Origin: Rhodanobacteraceae bacterium
GTDB taxonomy: Bacteria; Pseudomonadota; Gammaproteobacteria; Xanthomonadales; Rhodanobacteraceae
Assembly (NCBI GenBank): GCA_035700365.1
Contig: DASSOQ010000005.1
Coordinates: 1 to 57,961 of the forward strand
Direction: 5' to 3'
DNA length: 57,961 nucleotides
Part shown: positions 18,045 to 26,865 of the stretch, piece by piece
How the letters are laid out: each line of letters starts with the position of its first letter
How positions within the stretch are numbered: position 1 is the first letter of the stretch
Position numbers and translations under genes: made by a program
The notes under the pieces: model-generated
What the model was told of the DNA's origin: nothing
Seen by the model: the letters and a program-made list of their open reading frames with translations, nothing else
The model's database searches: none

Positions 18045-19582
18045 GCTTGGCCTTGCAGCGCACCGCGGCGGACTGGCTGGCGACCTCGCAGGCGCAACTC
18101 CTGCGAGGCGATGCCAGCGCGGCGCAAGACACCTTGGCCCAGGCGTTGGCCGAGCACCCGGATTCGGTCGAACTGCGCCGCGCGCGGGCGGGCGCCTGCC
18201 AGCGAATGGGCCAGTTTGCCGAAGCGGAATCGCTGCTGCGCGAAGTGCTCGCTGCCGATCGCGGCGATGCCGCCGCCGCATTCTCGCTCGCGCGCCTGCT
18301 GAAGGAGCAGGGTCGGACGGCGGCCGCGGCGGCCACGATGCGCGCATGCCTCGCCGACGCCCGGCATCGCCGGGACCCGGACCTCGCCATCAAGGCCATC
18401 GAGTTCCTCGACGACTGCGACCGCAAGTTCGATGCCGCGGCGATCGCCCTCGCCGCCATTGCCGACAACCCCGGCGAGCCCCGCCTGCACGCCTACGCGA
18501 GCATGCTGCAGATGCAGGTCGGCGAGTTCGTGCAGGCGCGCCGGCATTACCTGCGCGCGCTCGAACTCGACCAGCGGGCCTGGGAATGGCACATGCCGAT
18601 CGGCCTTTCCTCGGCGCAACGCTATGCGAGTGACGAGCATCCCGATTTCGCGTTGTTTCGTGACGGCCTGAGGCGCGAGGATCTTTCCGCCAAGGCACGC
18701 GCGGAACTGCACTTCGCGCTCGGCAAGGCACACGACGATGTCGGTGCCTACCAAGATGCCGCGCGCCATTTCCGCGAGGGCAACGCCATCGTGCACCGGC
18801 TGACGAAATGGTCGCGCAAGGACTGGCGGCGCATGGTCGAGGCACGGCTTGCGGCGGCACCGATGGCCCATCGCCTCGATCCGCGGGACGACTTCACGCC
18901 GGTATTCGTGGTGGGGATGCCGCGTTCCGGAACCACCCTGGTCGCCGAGTTGCTGTCGCGCCATCCGAAGGTCTGCAACCGCGGCGAGTTGCCGTGGATC
19001 GCGAACCTCGCGGCGCGCCCTGCCCTGAACGGCAATCCCGCGCGAGCAGAGCTGGAACGCGCCGCGGCAACCTATGTCGCACATTCGCGGCAGGACGATG
19101 CGGGCGAGGCGCGATGGTTCCTGGACAAGCAGCCCATGAACTTCTGCTACCTCGACCTGGTGCTGGCGATGTTTCCGCACGCGAAGATCATCCATTGCCA
19201 GCGCGGCGCGCGCGATACCGCGCTGTCCCTGTGGATGCAGTGCTTCCTCAAGGACGTGCAGGGCTACAGCTACGATTTCGGCGACATTGCGCTGGTGATG
19301 CGCGACCACGACAAGCTGATGGCGCACTGGGCCTCGCGCCATCCCGCGTCGATCCGGACCCTCCGCTACGAGGAACTGGCGTCGGATCCCGCGCGTCTCA
19401 TCGGGGAGCTTGCCGCGTGGATCGGCCTGCCGCCCGGCACGGCAGCGCCACCGGCTGGTCCGAAGTCGAGCATCAGCACCGCCAGCCTCTGGCAGGCGCG
19501 CCAGCCGGTGCACACGCGCTCGGTCGGACGCTGGCGGCACTACGCAGCGTTCGTCCCGGAGCTGTCGCGCATTCCCAGCTAG
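18041..19582 (+). CDS. TPR-repeat sulfotransferase, paralogue ST3 (subtype A)
   Basis: The GTG at 18041 overlaps the ST2 stop (GTGA), with GGGAGG just upstream. VVGMPRSGTTLVAE, HCQRGARDTALSLW and WQARQPVHTRSVGRWRHY motifs. Confidence 0.85.
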   Translation: MSLALQRTAADWLATSQAQLLRGDASAAQDTLAQALAEHPDSVELRRARAGACQRMGQFAEAESLLREVLAADRGDAAAAFSLARLLKEQGRTAAAAATMRACLADARHRRDPDLAIKAIEFLDDCDRKFDAAAIALAAIADNPGEPRLHAYASMLQMQVGEFVQARRHYLRALELDQRAWEWHMPIGLSSAQRYASDEHPDFALFRDGLRREDLSAKARAELHFALGKAHDDVGAYQDAARHFREGNAIVHRLTKWSRKDWRRMVEARLAAAPMAHRLDPRDDFTPVFVVGMPRSGTTLVAELLSRHPKVCNRGELPWIANLAARPALNGNPARAELERAAATYVAHSRQDDAGEARWFLDKQPMNFCYLDLVLAMFPHAKIIHCQRGARDTALSLWMQCFLKDVQGYSYDFGDIALVMRDHDKLMAHWASRHPASIRTLRYEELASDPARLIGELAAWIGLPPGTAAPPAGPKSSISTASLWQARQPVHTRSVGRWRHYAAFVPELSRIPS

Positions 19583-21237
19583 GCTGCCCCGCCACCCTCC
19601 GATGCCTGCGTGACGGGAGGCAACCCCAGTGCCGCCCGCAGCGGATCCAGCAACGTCCCGTACGCGGCTGCGGTGGCCGCTCGCGGACGTATCGGAGCGC
19701 GCACCTGCGCCGCACTGAGGGTGTGCACGCTGCGGGGCGCGGTATGGGGCGCCAGGCATGCCGGATCGAACGGCAGGCTGCAGAATTCGAGCAACGCGCG
19801 GGTCTGCGCCTCCGGGGCCTGGGCCAGCGCCTCGTAGTGCTGCTCGCGCACCCGTCCCGGATCCCGTGTCGCCCACGCCGAAGCTTCGCGATCGAAGGCC
19901 TTCCAGAACGTGGCCAGCTGATCGAAGTCGCAGGTGAACTCCCAGCCCTTGGCGAAGTACTGCTTGAAGCAGGACCAGCAGGTCTCGAGCGGGTCGCGCC
20001 GGCAGACCACCACGCGCGCGCCAGGCAGCATCGCCTGGATCGCGCCGAGCGCCTGCCAATTGTTCGGCATCTTGTCCGTGAAGCGCGCTCGGCCGTCGCG
20101 GCGGGGCGCGACGAGCTCCAGATAGCGTTGGCCGAGCCTTTGCCAATCGTGCGGGGTCGCCTGCGGCACCCACTCCGGATAGCGGCACTGCCTTCGCGCG
20201 GATTCCTCGGCCAGCACCTGCGCAAGTTCGCCAAGTTCACCCATGCCCTGGACGCCGGGATGCGACGCCAGTACCTGCTCGACCAGCGTGCTGCCGGAGC
20301 GCGGCATTCCGACGATGAAGACCACCTGCTCGCCCAGGCGTGGATCTTCCGCGGCCGCGTATGGCGCCGCGAACACCCGCTCTGCGGCGTGCGCGCGTGC
20401 CAGGAACCGCCCGGCGTCCCAGTGCCGCATTTCCCGCTGGCGCCTGGCGTTGGCGGCCACGAACAACCCGTATGCCTCGGCGTGGCGGCCGCGATCCTCG
20501 CACGCCTTCGCGAGCGCGAACTGGATCGCGGTCCGTTCACCTTCGTCGATGCCATCGCGTCGCAACACCGCCTGCATGGCGGAAACTTCTTCGTCCGTGA
20601 CGGGCAGCGTCTTGATGTCCACGAGGTCGAGCCATGCGGCGGCGAACGCGGGCTGCAGCGCGATCGCCCTGCGCATCGCGGCGGCGCCTCGTTCGATCTG
20701 CCCGCACGCCACCAGCGCATCACCGAGCTTCAGTTGCGCCGGCGCGTACTCCGGCGCCAGGTCCGCGGCACGTTCGAGGTACGCCACGGCCTGTTCCGGA
20801 CGCCGATGGCGCGCGAGGTGCTCGCCGAGGTCCGCCAGCGCCAGGGGCGAGCCGGGCAGGCGCTGCACGGCCAGGTCGCGCAAGCGCAGAGCCGAGGCCG
20901 CGTCGCCGGATTCCTCGCGGATCTGCGCGTATTGCGAGTAGCCGATGGGGTCGTCCGGCGCCGCGCGCAGCACGGCTTCGAAATTCGCGAACGCGGCACG
21001 GACATTGCCGATCCGTGCCAGCAACAAGCCATAGAGCCGCAGCACATCGGGCTGGCCCGGGGCACCCGCGAGTGCGTCTTGCAGAGCCGCCTGGGCAGCC
21101 TGCACGTCGCCCGCCGCCAGCGCATCACTGGCCCGCTGGAGCTGCGCCCCCAGTGGCGGCGGCAGGTGCTGCAGGCGCGCGGTGACTTTCGCGAGGTCCG
21201 GCGCCGGCGGTTCGAACATCCGGTCGGCGACACCCAC
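19579..21237 (-). CDS. TPR-repeat sulfotransferase, paralogue ST4 (subtype B)
   Basis: IVGMPRSGSTLVEQ, FTDKMPNNW and VVCRRDPLETCWSCF motifs. Start is the GTG at 21237 (3 nt after the ST5 stop) or the ATG at 21219. Confidence 0.87.
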   Translation of the reverse strand: MGVADRMFEPPAPDLAKVTARLQHLPPPLGAQLQRASDALAAGDVQAAQAALQDALAGAPGQPDVLRLYGLLLARIGNVRAAFANFEAVLRAAPDDPIGYSQYAQIREESGDAASALRLRDLAVQRLPGSPLALADLGEHLARHRRPEQAVAYLERAADLAPEYAPAQLKLGDALVACGQIERGAAAMRRAIALQPAFAAAWLDLVDIKTLPVTDEEVSAMQAVLRRDGIDEGERTAIQFALAKACEDRGRHAEAYGLFVAANARRQREMRHWDAGRFLARAHAAERVFAAPYAAAEDPRLGEQVVFIVGMPRSGSTLVEQVLASHPGVQGMGELGELAQVLAEESARRQCRYPEWVPQATPHDWQRLGQRYLELVAPRRDGRARFTDKMPNNWQALGAIQAMLPGARVVVCRRDPLETCWSCFKQYFAKGWEFTCDFDQLATFWKAFDREASAWATRDPGRVREQHYEALAQAPEAQTRALLEFCSLPFDPACLAPHTAPRSVHTLSAAQVRAPIRPRAATAAAYGTLLDPLRAALGLPPVTQASEGGGAA

Positions 21238-21240
21238 CGC

Positions 21241-23091
21241 TCAAGGCTCCATCGCCGCGGCGGTCGAATCCGCCGCGTAGCCCCAATGCTGGAGCATCGG
21301 CTCGAGGATCGGCAGCACCGGCTCGAAGTAGCGGCGATAGCGTTCCCAGCGGCCCATGCCCTTGCGATTGATCGGCTCGATCACCTGGGTGTAGCTGGGG
21401 GTGGCGATGAACCCTTTCTCGCGTGCGCGGCGGTCGAAGCCGAGCATGGCCTGGGCATCTTCCAGCTCCAGGAAGTCGGCGATGCGGCGCGTCTGGCCCT
21501 CAGAATCCGCCACGAGGTCCTCATAGCGCGAGACGAACACGTCGGGCTTGAACACGTCGACGTGGTAGAGCCAGTGGCCCATGGAATCGACATACGCCCG
21601 GGCGAGCGTCTCCAGGTTCTCGCACACGACCGCGAGGCTGCTGGACATGAAATTCTGCATGTAGCAGCTCAGCAACACGTCGCACGGGTGCCGGACGGCG
21701 AGGATGAATTTGCCGGCGGGAAACATGCGATGGATCATCGGCAGCCACAGCATGTTCATCGGGTTCTTGTCCACCAGCCGCGCGTCCCAGCGCCGCGGGA
21801 CCTTGCCGCACGCGAGGATCACGTACCCTTTTCGCAACTCGTCGCAATCGGCCTGGTCCAGCTTGCCCAGGTCACGCGGAACCACGACACCGGTGCTGTT
21901 TTCGAGTTCGGTCGCCAGCATGTTGAAGAACGGCCGCTCGTCCATCGACTGCAGGCGCGGATGCGCGTCCAGCATCTGTTCCAGCAAGGTGGTGCCGGAG
22001 CGCGGGAACCCCACCACGAATACCGGCGACTCGGTCGCATCCGGAGCCCTGAGCGGCGGCCACGCGGCGTAGTCGGCGGCGGACACGCGTGGGTTCCGGT
22101 TGGGCAGCGTTCTCGCTCCCGGCTCGAACCAGCCCGAATGGTTGGCCTTGATGTCGGCGATCTGGATCGCGTGGGCACGCTCGAGCGCCGCCATCGCCGC
22201 GGTGGTGTCGCCGAGCTTGTCGCAGATCTGTCCCAGTTCGAACCAATGCGCGCAATGGTGCTCGTCATGGGGCCCCGAGGATTCCAGGAGCTCGCGCGCC
22301 GCGGCATGGTCGCGCCGCCGCACGGCGAGGCGTGCCCGCTGATGGGCCATCTCGCGCATCTCCCGGGGGAGCGCGCCCGTCACCACGCCTTCGGCTTCGA
22401 TCCGGTCCAGCAACGCGCCTGCCTCCTCGAGGCGATTCGCCCGCTCGTACAACGATGCCAGCCGCAGGCGCAACCGCCACTCCGCGGGCAACCGGCGGGC
22501 AAGGTCCTCCAGCAGCTCCGTCGCTGCCAGCACGTCGCCCTGCTCCTTCAGCGCTTCCACCAGCTCGGACTGGAGAGGAGCATCGAGCGGCAGCCATTCC
22601 CGCCACGGCCGCAGCAGGTGCTCGGCACGCGCGTCGCGGCAGGCGGAACAAGCGCGCGCCGCATGGATGCGGATGACCGGGGAACCCGGGGACTTCCCGA
22701 ATGCGCGCAACAAGGTGTCCCGCGCTTCCGCCGGCTTGCGCAAATCCATCTGCAGCAGGCCGTGCCAGTCCAGCAGTTCGGGATCGTCGGGCGCCAGGCG
22801 CACCGCGTGCGCGGATGCATTCTCGGCGGCCTCGAGGTCCCCGGCCTCGCGCAAGGCGGTCGCGTAATTCCGCCAGTGGACGAGTTCGCCGGGATACTGC
22901 CGGGTCAGGCGCTCATAGACCTCGAGCGACTCGCGACGCTTTCCCTGCCGCCACCGCGCCAGCGCCAGCAGCACCAGCAGGTCGGGGGCATCGGGGTTCC
23001 GCTGCAGTTGCTCGCTGCAGAGACGCTCGGCTTGCGCCGGCTCGCCGGCCTCCAACGCAGCGACGATCGCGGCGGCCGTGGATTCGGTCAT
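21241..23091 (-). CDS. TPR-repeat sulfotransferase, paralogue ST5 (divergent subtype C)
   Basis: VVGFPRSGTTLLEQ, VDKNPMNMLW and AVRHPCDVLLSCY motifs. Start is the ATG at 23091 or the GTG at 23100. No Shine-Dalgarno sequence. Confidence 0.85.
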   Translation of the reverse strand: MTESTAAAIVAALEAGEPAQAERLCSEQLQRNPDAPDLLVLLALARWRQGKRRESLEVYERLTRQYPGELVHWRNYATALREAGDLEAAENASAHAVRLAPDDPELLDWHGLLQMDLRKPAEARDTLLRAFGKSPGSPVIRIHAARACSACRDARAEHLLRPWREWLPLDAPLQSELVEALKEQGDVLAATELLEDLARRLPAEWRLRLRLASLYERANRLEEAGALLDRIEAEGVVTGALPREMREMAHQRARLAVRRRDHAAARELLESSGPHDEHHCAHWFELGQICDKLGDTTAAMAALERAHAIQIADIKANHSGWFEPGARTLPNRNPRVSAADYAAWPPLRAPDATESPVFVVGFPRSGTTLLEQMLDAHPRLQSMDERPFFNMLATELENSTGVVVPRDLGKLDQADCDELRKGYVILACGKVPRRWDARLVDKNPMNMLWLPMIHRMFPAGKFILAVRHPCDVLLSCYMQNFMSSSLAVVCENLETLARAYVDSMGHWLYHVDVFKPDVFVSRYEDLVADSEGQTRRIADFLELEDAQAMLGFDRRAREKGFIATPSYTQVIEPINRKGMGRWERYRRYFEPVLPILEPMLQHWGYAADSTAAAMEP

Positions 23092-23103
23092 CGTGGACAC
23101 GCG

Positions 23104-23142
23104 AAAAAGAAAAGGGCCGCACGGAGGATACCCGTGCGGCCC
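23104..23142 (-). terminator. rho-independent terminator downstream of the TonB-dependent receptor gene
   Basis: Minus strand reads GGGCCGCACGG-GTATCCT-CCGTGCGGCCC followed by TTTTCTTTTT. The stem is a perfect 11 bp. It lies 42 nt after the receptor stop codon. Confidence 0.8.
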
Positions 23143-23183
23143 GGAAGGGTGAAGCGTGGTCGAGCCCGATCAGGCGATGCCGA

Positions 23184-26100
23184 TCAGAACTTGACGGTCA
23201 GGCGGCCCCAGTAGTAACGGCCGATGACGTCGAAGTCCTCCGGGGAGGTATTCGCGTTCAGCACGTTGTTGGCATACAGCAGCGGCGGCTGCTTGTCGAA
23301 CACGTTGTCCACGCCCACGTCGATGCGGGTGTTGATCGGTTCGATGTTGTAGCCGACCGTCACGTCGTTGTACACGAATGCGCCGTAGTGGATGACCAGC
23401 GGACCGGCAGGCCCGGTGACCGGGAAGGACGACAACGCGGTGTCGCCTTCGGCCGGATTCAGCGAACCGGACTTGAACCGGCTGGAGTAGCGCATGGTCC
23501 ACTGCGCATCCCATGGACCCAACTGCCAGCCGAGGCTTCCCTGCGCGCGGACCCGCGGGAAGAAGCACACGCCGCCCGCCGGGAACGGACAGGAGCTGCC
23601 CAGCCCGGTGCCGAAGCCGCCGAACATGCCGGGGCCGTTGCGCACCTGGTTGACGCCTTCGATCCCGGGTGCCGTCTGGATCTTGAACTGGCTCAGGTAC
23701 GTCGCATTCAGGGCGACATTGAACTGGCCGAACGAGAACGCCGGCAGCCGGTAGTTGGCGGCGAAGTCCACGCCCTTGACGTCAAGCCGGCCCAGGTTGG
23801 CGGTCGGCTGCAGGATCTGGCTGATCTGGCCCTCGAAGCCCGTAGCGTTGGTACGCGTGATCAGCGGGCAGAAGACGTCCAGGCCGTTGAAGCACGCGTC
23901 GAGCACGGTCTGCGCACCGACACCCGGGACGATCACGTTGTTGAGGTAGATGCGCCACAGGTCCGCCTGCACCGTCAGGCCCGGCACGAAGTGCGGCGAA
24001 TAGACCGCGCCCATGTCGAACGACTTGCCGCTCTCCGGCCCCAGCGGGAAGCCGGCGTATTGCGAACCGGAGGTCAAGGCCTTGATCTGCTGGTGGGAGG
24101 CGACCAGCGTATTGACGAAGCTGCCGTCGGTCGGCACGTACTGGCAGGCCGGGTTGCCTGCCGTCGTGATGTGGTCGCACGGATCCGAGGTCAGGATCGG
24201 CGCGGAACTGCCCGGCGCGCTGAACACGTCGCTGACGCCGGGGGCACGGAACACCGTCGACACCGTGCCGCGCAGCAGCAGGTCGTCGATCGGACGCCAC
24301 TCCACGCCCACCTTCCAGTTGCTGGTGCTGCCGAAGGTGCTGTACTTGGAATAGCGGTCGCCCAGGGTCACGTTCAGGGCATGGAAGAACGGCATGTCCT
24401 TGAGGACGGGAACGTACAACTCCGCGTAGGCTTCCTTGACGTTGTAGCCGCCCTGCAAGGGGGCGCTGCAGCTCGTGCCCAGCACGCAGGTGCCGGTCGC
24501 GGGATTCAACAGCAGGTTCGAATCGACGACGTTGTTGGTATAGACCTTGTGGTACAGGACACCGGCGGCGAGCTGCATGGTGCCGGCCGGCAGGTCGAAC
24601 AAGCCGCCGCTGACATCGGCGTGGTAGATGCGGTCGATGTTCCAGGTGTTGACGAGCGACGGCGAGGAGACCGCCTGGATCGCGGCGATCGTGTTGGGAT
24701 TGTTGAGGTTGAACGGGTCGAACGGCGTGCAATCCGTCAGGGGAATCGCACCCGGCGCGTCGGAAGCGGAGCCGTTGGCTGCCGTGCCGCACTGCACCAC
24801 GCCGTCGGCATTGAGGAACGACGGACCAGCCCCCTGGTTCAGGATGGTCTGGTTCGGCAGGCCGCGGTTGGTGTTGACCCTCGAGATGTGGGTGTAGTTG
24901 TAGCCCACGTCCCAGGTCCAGGTGCGGTCACCGAAGTTCAGGTTGCCGCGGAATCCCGTGAACACCTGATCGGAGGTGATCTGCCCGGAGAAGATGCGGG
25001 GACCCGCGGCAACCAGGCGGCCGGTCCAGGTGGCACCGCTGGGCGTGAAGTCCACGCCGAACGGGTTGTAGTAGTTGTCCGCGGAAATCCTGAAGCCGGT
25101 GTCGAAGCCGAGCGGGCCGGTGCCCATCACCGCCGGTGCGAGCTGGCTGCCCGAACTGGTCTTGTTGTGGATGACCGTGCCGTAGAAGTCGATGTTGTCG
25201 GTAAGGTGGTAGGTGCCCTTGAAGAACGCGTTGGTGCGTTCCTGCGGGGTCAACAGATAGTTGACCGACGCGTAGTTGTAGCGGTCGTTCGCGCCGGTGG
25301 CGGGATCGGACCCGAAGCAGTGGTAGTCGGCGGTGGTCGCGCTGGGATCCGCCCCGGAGGCGAACGTACCGCTGTTCAGGGACAGGCTGCTGCACTGCGA
25401 CAGCGGGTTGCTGTCGGGAAGCGCACCCGGCGGCAGGAAGATGCGGTTGCGCAACGCGAACGACGAGCCGCCCACGAACGAGGTGTAGCCCGAGCCGGGC
25501 TGCGCCAGGTAGGTCAGGCCGGGGGGCGCCGTGGCCGTGCCGCCGTAGGTGTTGGTCGCCGTCAATGACAGGGCGTTTTCGGTGAACTTGCGCTGCGACT
25601 GCAGGATCGGGTCGAACTTGTTGTAGTCGATGCCGGCCAGGATGCTGCCCTTGTCGGACGTCTGCCCGAACATGAAGCTCGCACCCTTGCGCACGCCGTC
25701 ATCGTGATCGGAGATGCCGTAGTTGAGCTGGAACTGGGCGCCCTGGTAGTTGTCCTTCAGGATGAAGTTGATGACGCCGCCGATCGCGTCCGAACCGTAG
25801 ATGGCCGACGCGCCGTCGGTCAGGATTTCGATGCGCTCCACCGCGGCGGCCGGAATCGCGTTCAAGTCCGCCGGGCCGAAGGTGCCGGTGACACGCTGGC
25901 CGTCGATCAGGATCAGGGTGCGGCTGGCACCCAGGCCGCGCAGGCCGACCAGGGTCTGGCCGGTGGCGCCGCTGTTGTTGACGCTGGGGTTGTTCACGCC
26001 GCCGGTGATGACCGGCAGGTTCTGCACGACGTCGCCAAGCGTCAGCTTGCCGGTCTGCTGGATCTGCTGCGCCGTGACGGCCACCACGGGGTTGGAGGTT

Positions 26101-26291
26101 TCCAGGTCCACGCGGCGGATGTGCGAACCCGTAACCACGATGGTCTGCAGGGTCTGCGGTTGTTGCTGATCGTTCTGCGGGGCAGCCGTATTCTGCGCGA
26201 AGGCAGTACCGGCAACGCCCACGGCAGCGACGGCACCCATCGAAAGGGCCGTCTGCACGGCCTTGGACAGCTCACTGCGGTCGAGTCTCAT
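23184..26291 (-). CDS. TonB-dependent outer-membrane receptor (large Xanthomonad type)
   Basis: 1035 aa. Signal peptide, TonB box/plug (TLQTIVVTGSHIRR, LRGLGASRTLILIDGQRV), a long beta-barrel and a terminal ...GRLTVKF. GGAGAG RBS. Confidence 0.92.
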   Translation of the reverse strand: MRLDRSELSKAVQTALSMGAVAAVGVAGTAFAQNTAAPQNDQQQPQTLQTIVVTGSHIRRVDLETSNPVVAVTAQQIQQTGKLTLGDVVQNLPVITGGVNNPSVNNSGATGQTLVGLRGLGASRTLILIDGQRVTGTFGPADLNAIPAAAVERIEILTDGASAIYGSDAIGGVINFILKDNYQGAQFQLNYGISDHDDGVRKGASFMFGQTSDKGSILAGIDYNKFDPILQSQRKFTENALSLTATNTYGGTATAPPGLTYLAQPGSGYTSFVGGSSFALRNRIFLPPGALPDSNPLSQCSSLSLNSGTFASGADPSATTADYHCFGSDPATGANDRYNYASVNYLLTPQERTNAFFKGTYHLTDNIDFYGTVIHNKTSSGSQLAPAVMGTGPLGFDTGFRISADNYYNPFGVDFTPSGATWTGRLVAAGPRIFSGQITSDQVFTGFRGNLNFGDRTWTWDVGYNYTHISRVNTNRGLPNQTILNQGAGPSFLNADGVVQCGTAANGSASDAPGAIPLTDCTPFDPFNLNNPNTIAAIQAVSSPSLVNTWNIDRIYHADVSGGLFDLPAGTMQLAAGVLYHKVYTNNVVDSNLLLNPATGTCVLGTSCSAPLQGGYNVKEAYAELYVPVLKDMPFFHALNVTLGDRYSKYSTFGSTSNWKVGVEWRPIDDLLLRGTVSTVFRAPGVSDVFSAPGSSAPILTSDPCDHITTAGNPACQYVPTDGSFVNTLVASHQQIKALTSGSQYAGFPLGPESGKSFDMGAVYSPHFVPGLTVQADLWRIYLNNVIVPGVGAQTVLDACFNGLDVFCPLITRTNATGFEGQISQILQPTANLGRLDVKGVDFAANYRLPAFSFGQFNVALNATYLSQFKIQTAPGIEGVNQVRNGPGMFGGFGTGLGSSCPFPAGGVCFFPRVRAQGSLGWQLGPWDAQWTMRYSSRFKSGSLNPAEGDTALSSFPVTGPAGPLVIHYGAFVYNDVTVGYNIEPINTRIDVGVDNVFDKQPPLLYANNVLNANTSPEDFDVIGRYYWGRLTVKF

Positions 26292-26865
26292 TGCACTCTC
26301 CAGACGTCAAAAAAAGTTCGAACAGTTCGGGACAGGTTCCCCCACCGGGTGGCCCGACCCACGCCCTCTGTTTTATGCGGTCGCCTGTCCGCCGGGGCAG
26401 GCGCCGATGCCGCGATGCTACAGCAATTCGTAAAAAGGGTGTTAACGCCGCTTGGCCCGCCGGTCAGTGATCATTCAGTGGCAGACATGAATCGCGCGCC
26501 CCGTGCCCATAACGCGCGGAGCAAGCAACCGGAACCGGCCCGGACTTGCTGGGCCACGCGCACCCGCCCGGCAAGTACGCCACCCCAAGCTTCTTCACCC
26601 AAAGCCAATGCTTCCCAATGTGGTGTCCCCACGAACCTGGACATCCTCATTCCGGGGCCCGTGCCCGCCTTTACCGGTACGGGAGCCCGGAATCCATGCT
26701 CCGCCAGCACCGGAAAACCTGGATTCCGGATCGCGCCCACGTTGTGGGCGCGTCCGGAATGACAAGGGGATCTTCGGGACACCACACTGGCGCCGGGATC
26801 CCCGATCCCCCAACTGCCCGCCCCGATCATGCGCCATCGCAGCCACGCCGCCCGCGGATGGAGCC

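Noticed and set aside
26292-26520. Possible cobalamin riboswitch upstream of the TonB-dependent receptor (GCCACTG on the minus strand near 26480).
   Set aside because: Only that heptamer is present. I could not find the GGGAA...GGTG..AA..CC core or a B12 box in the right order. This needs an Infernal scan to be sure.
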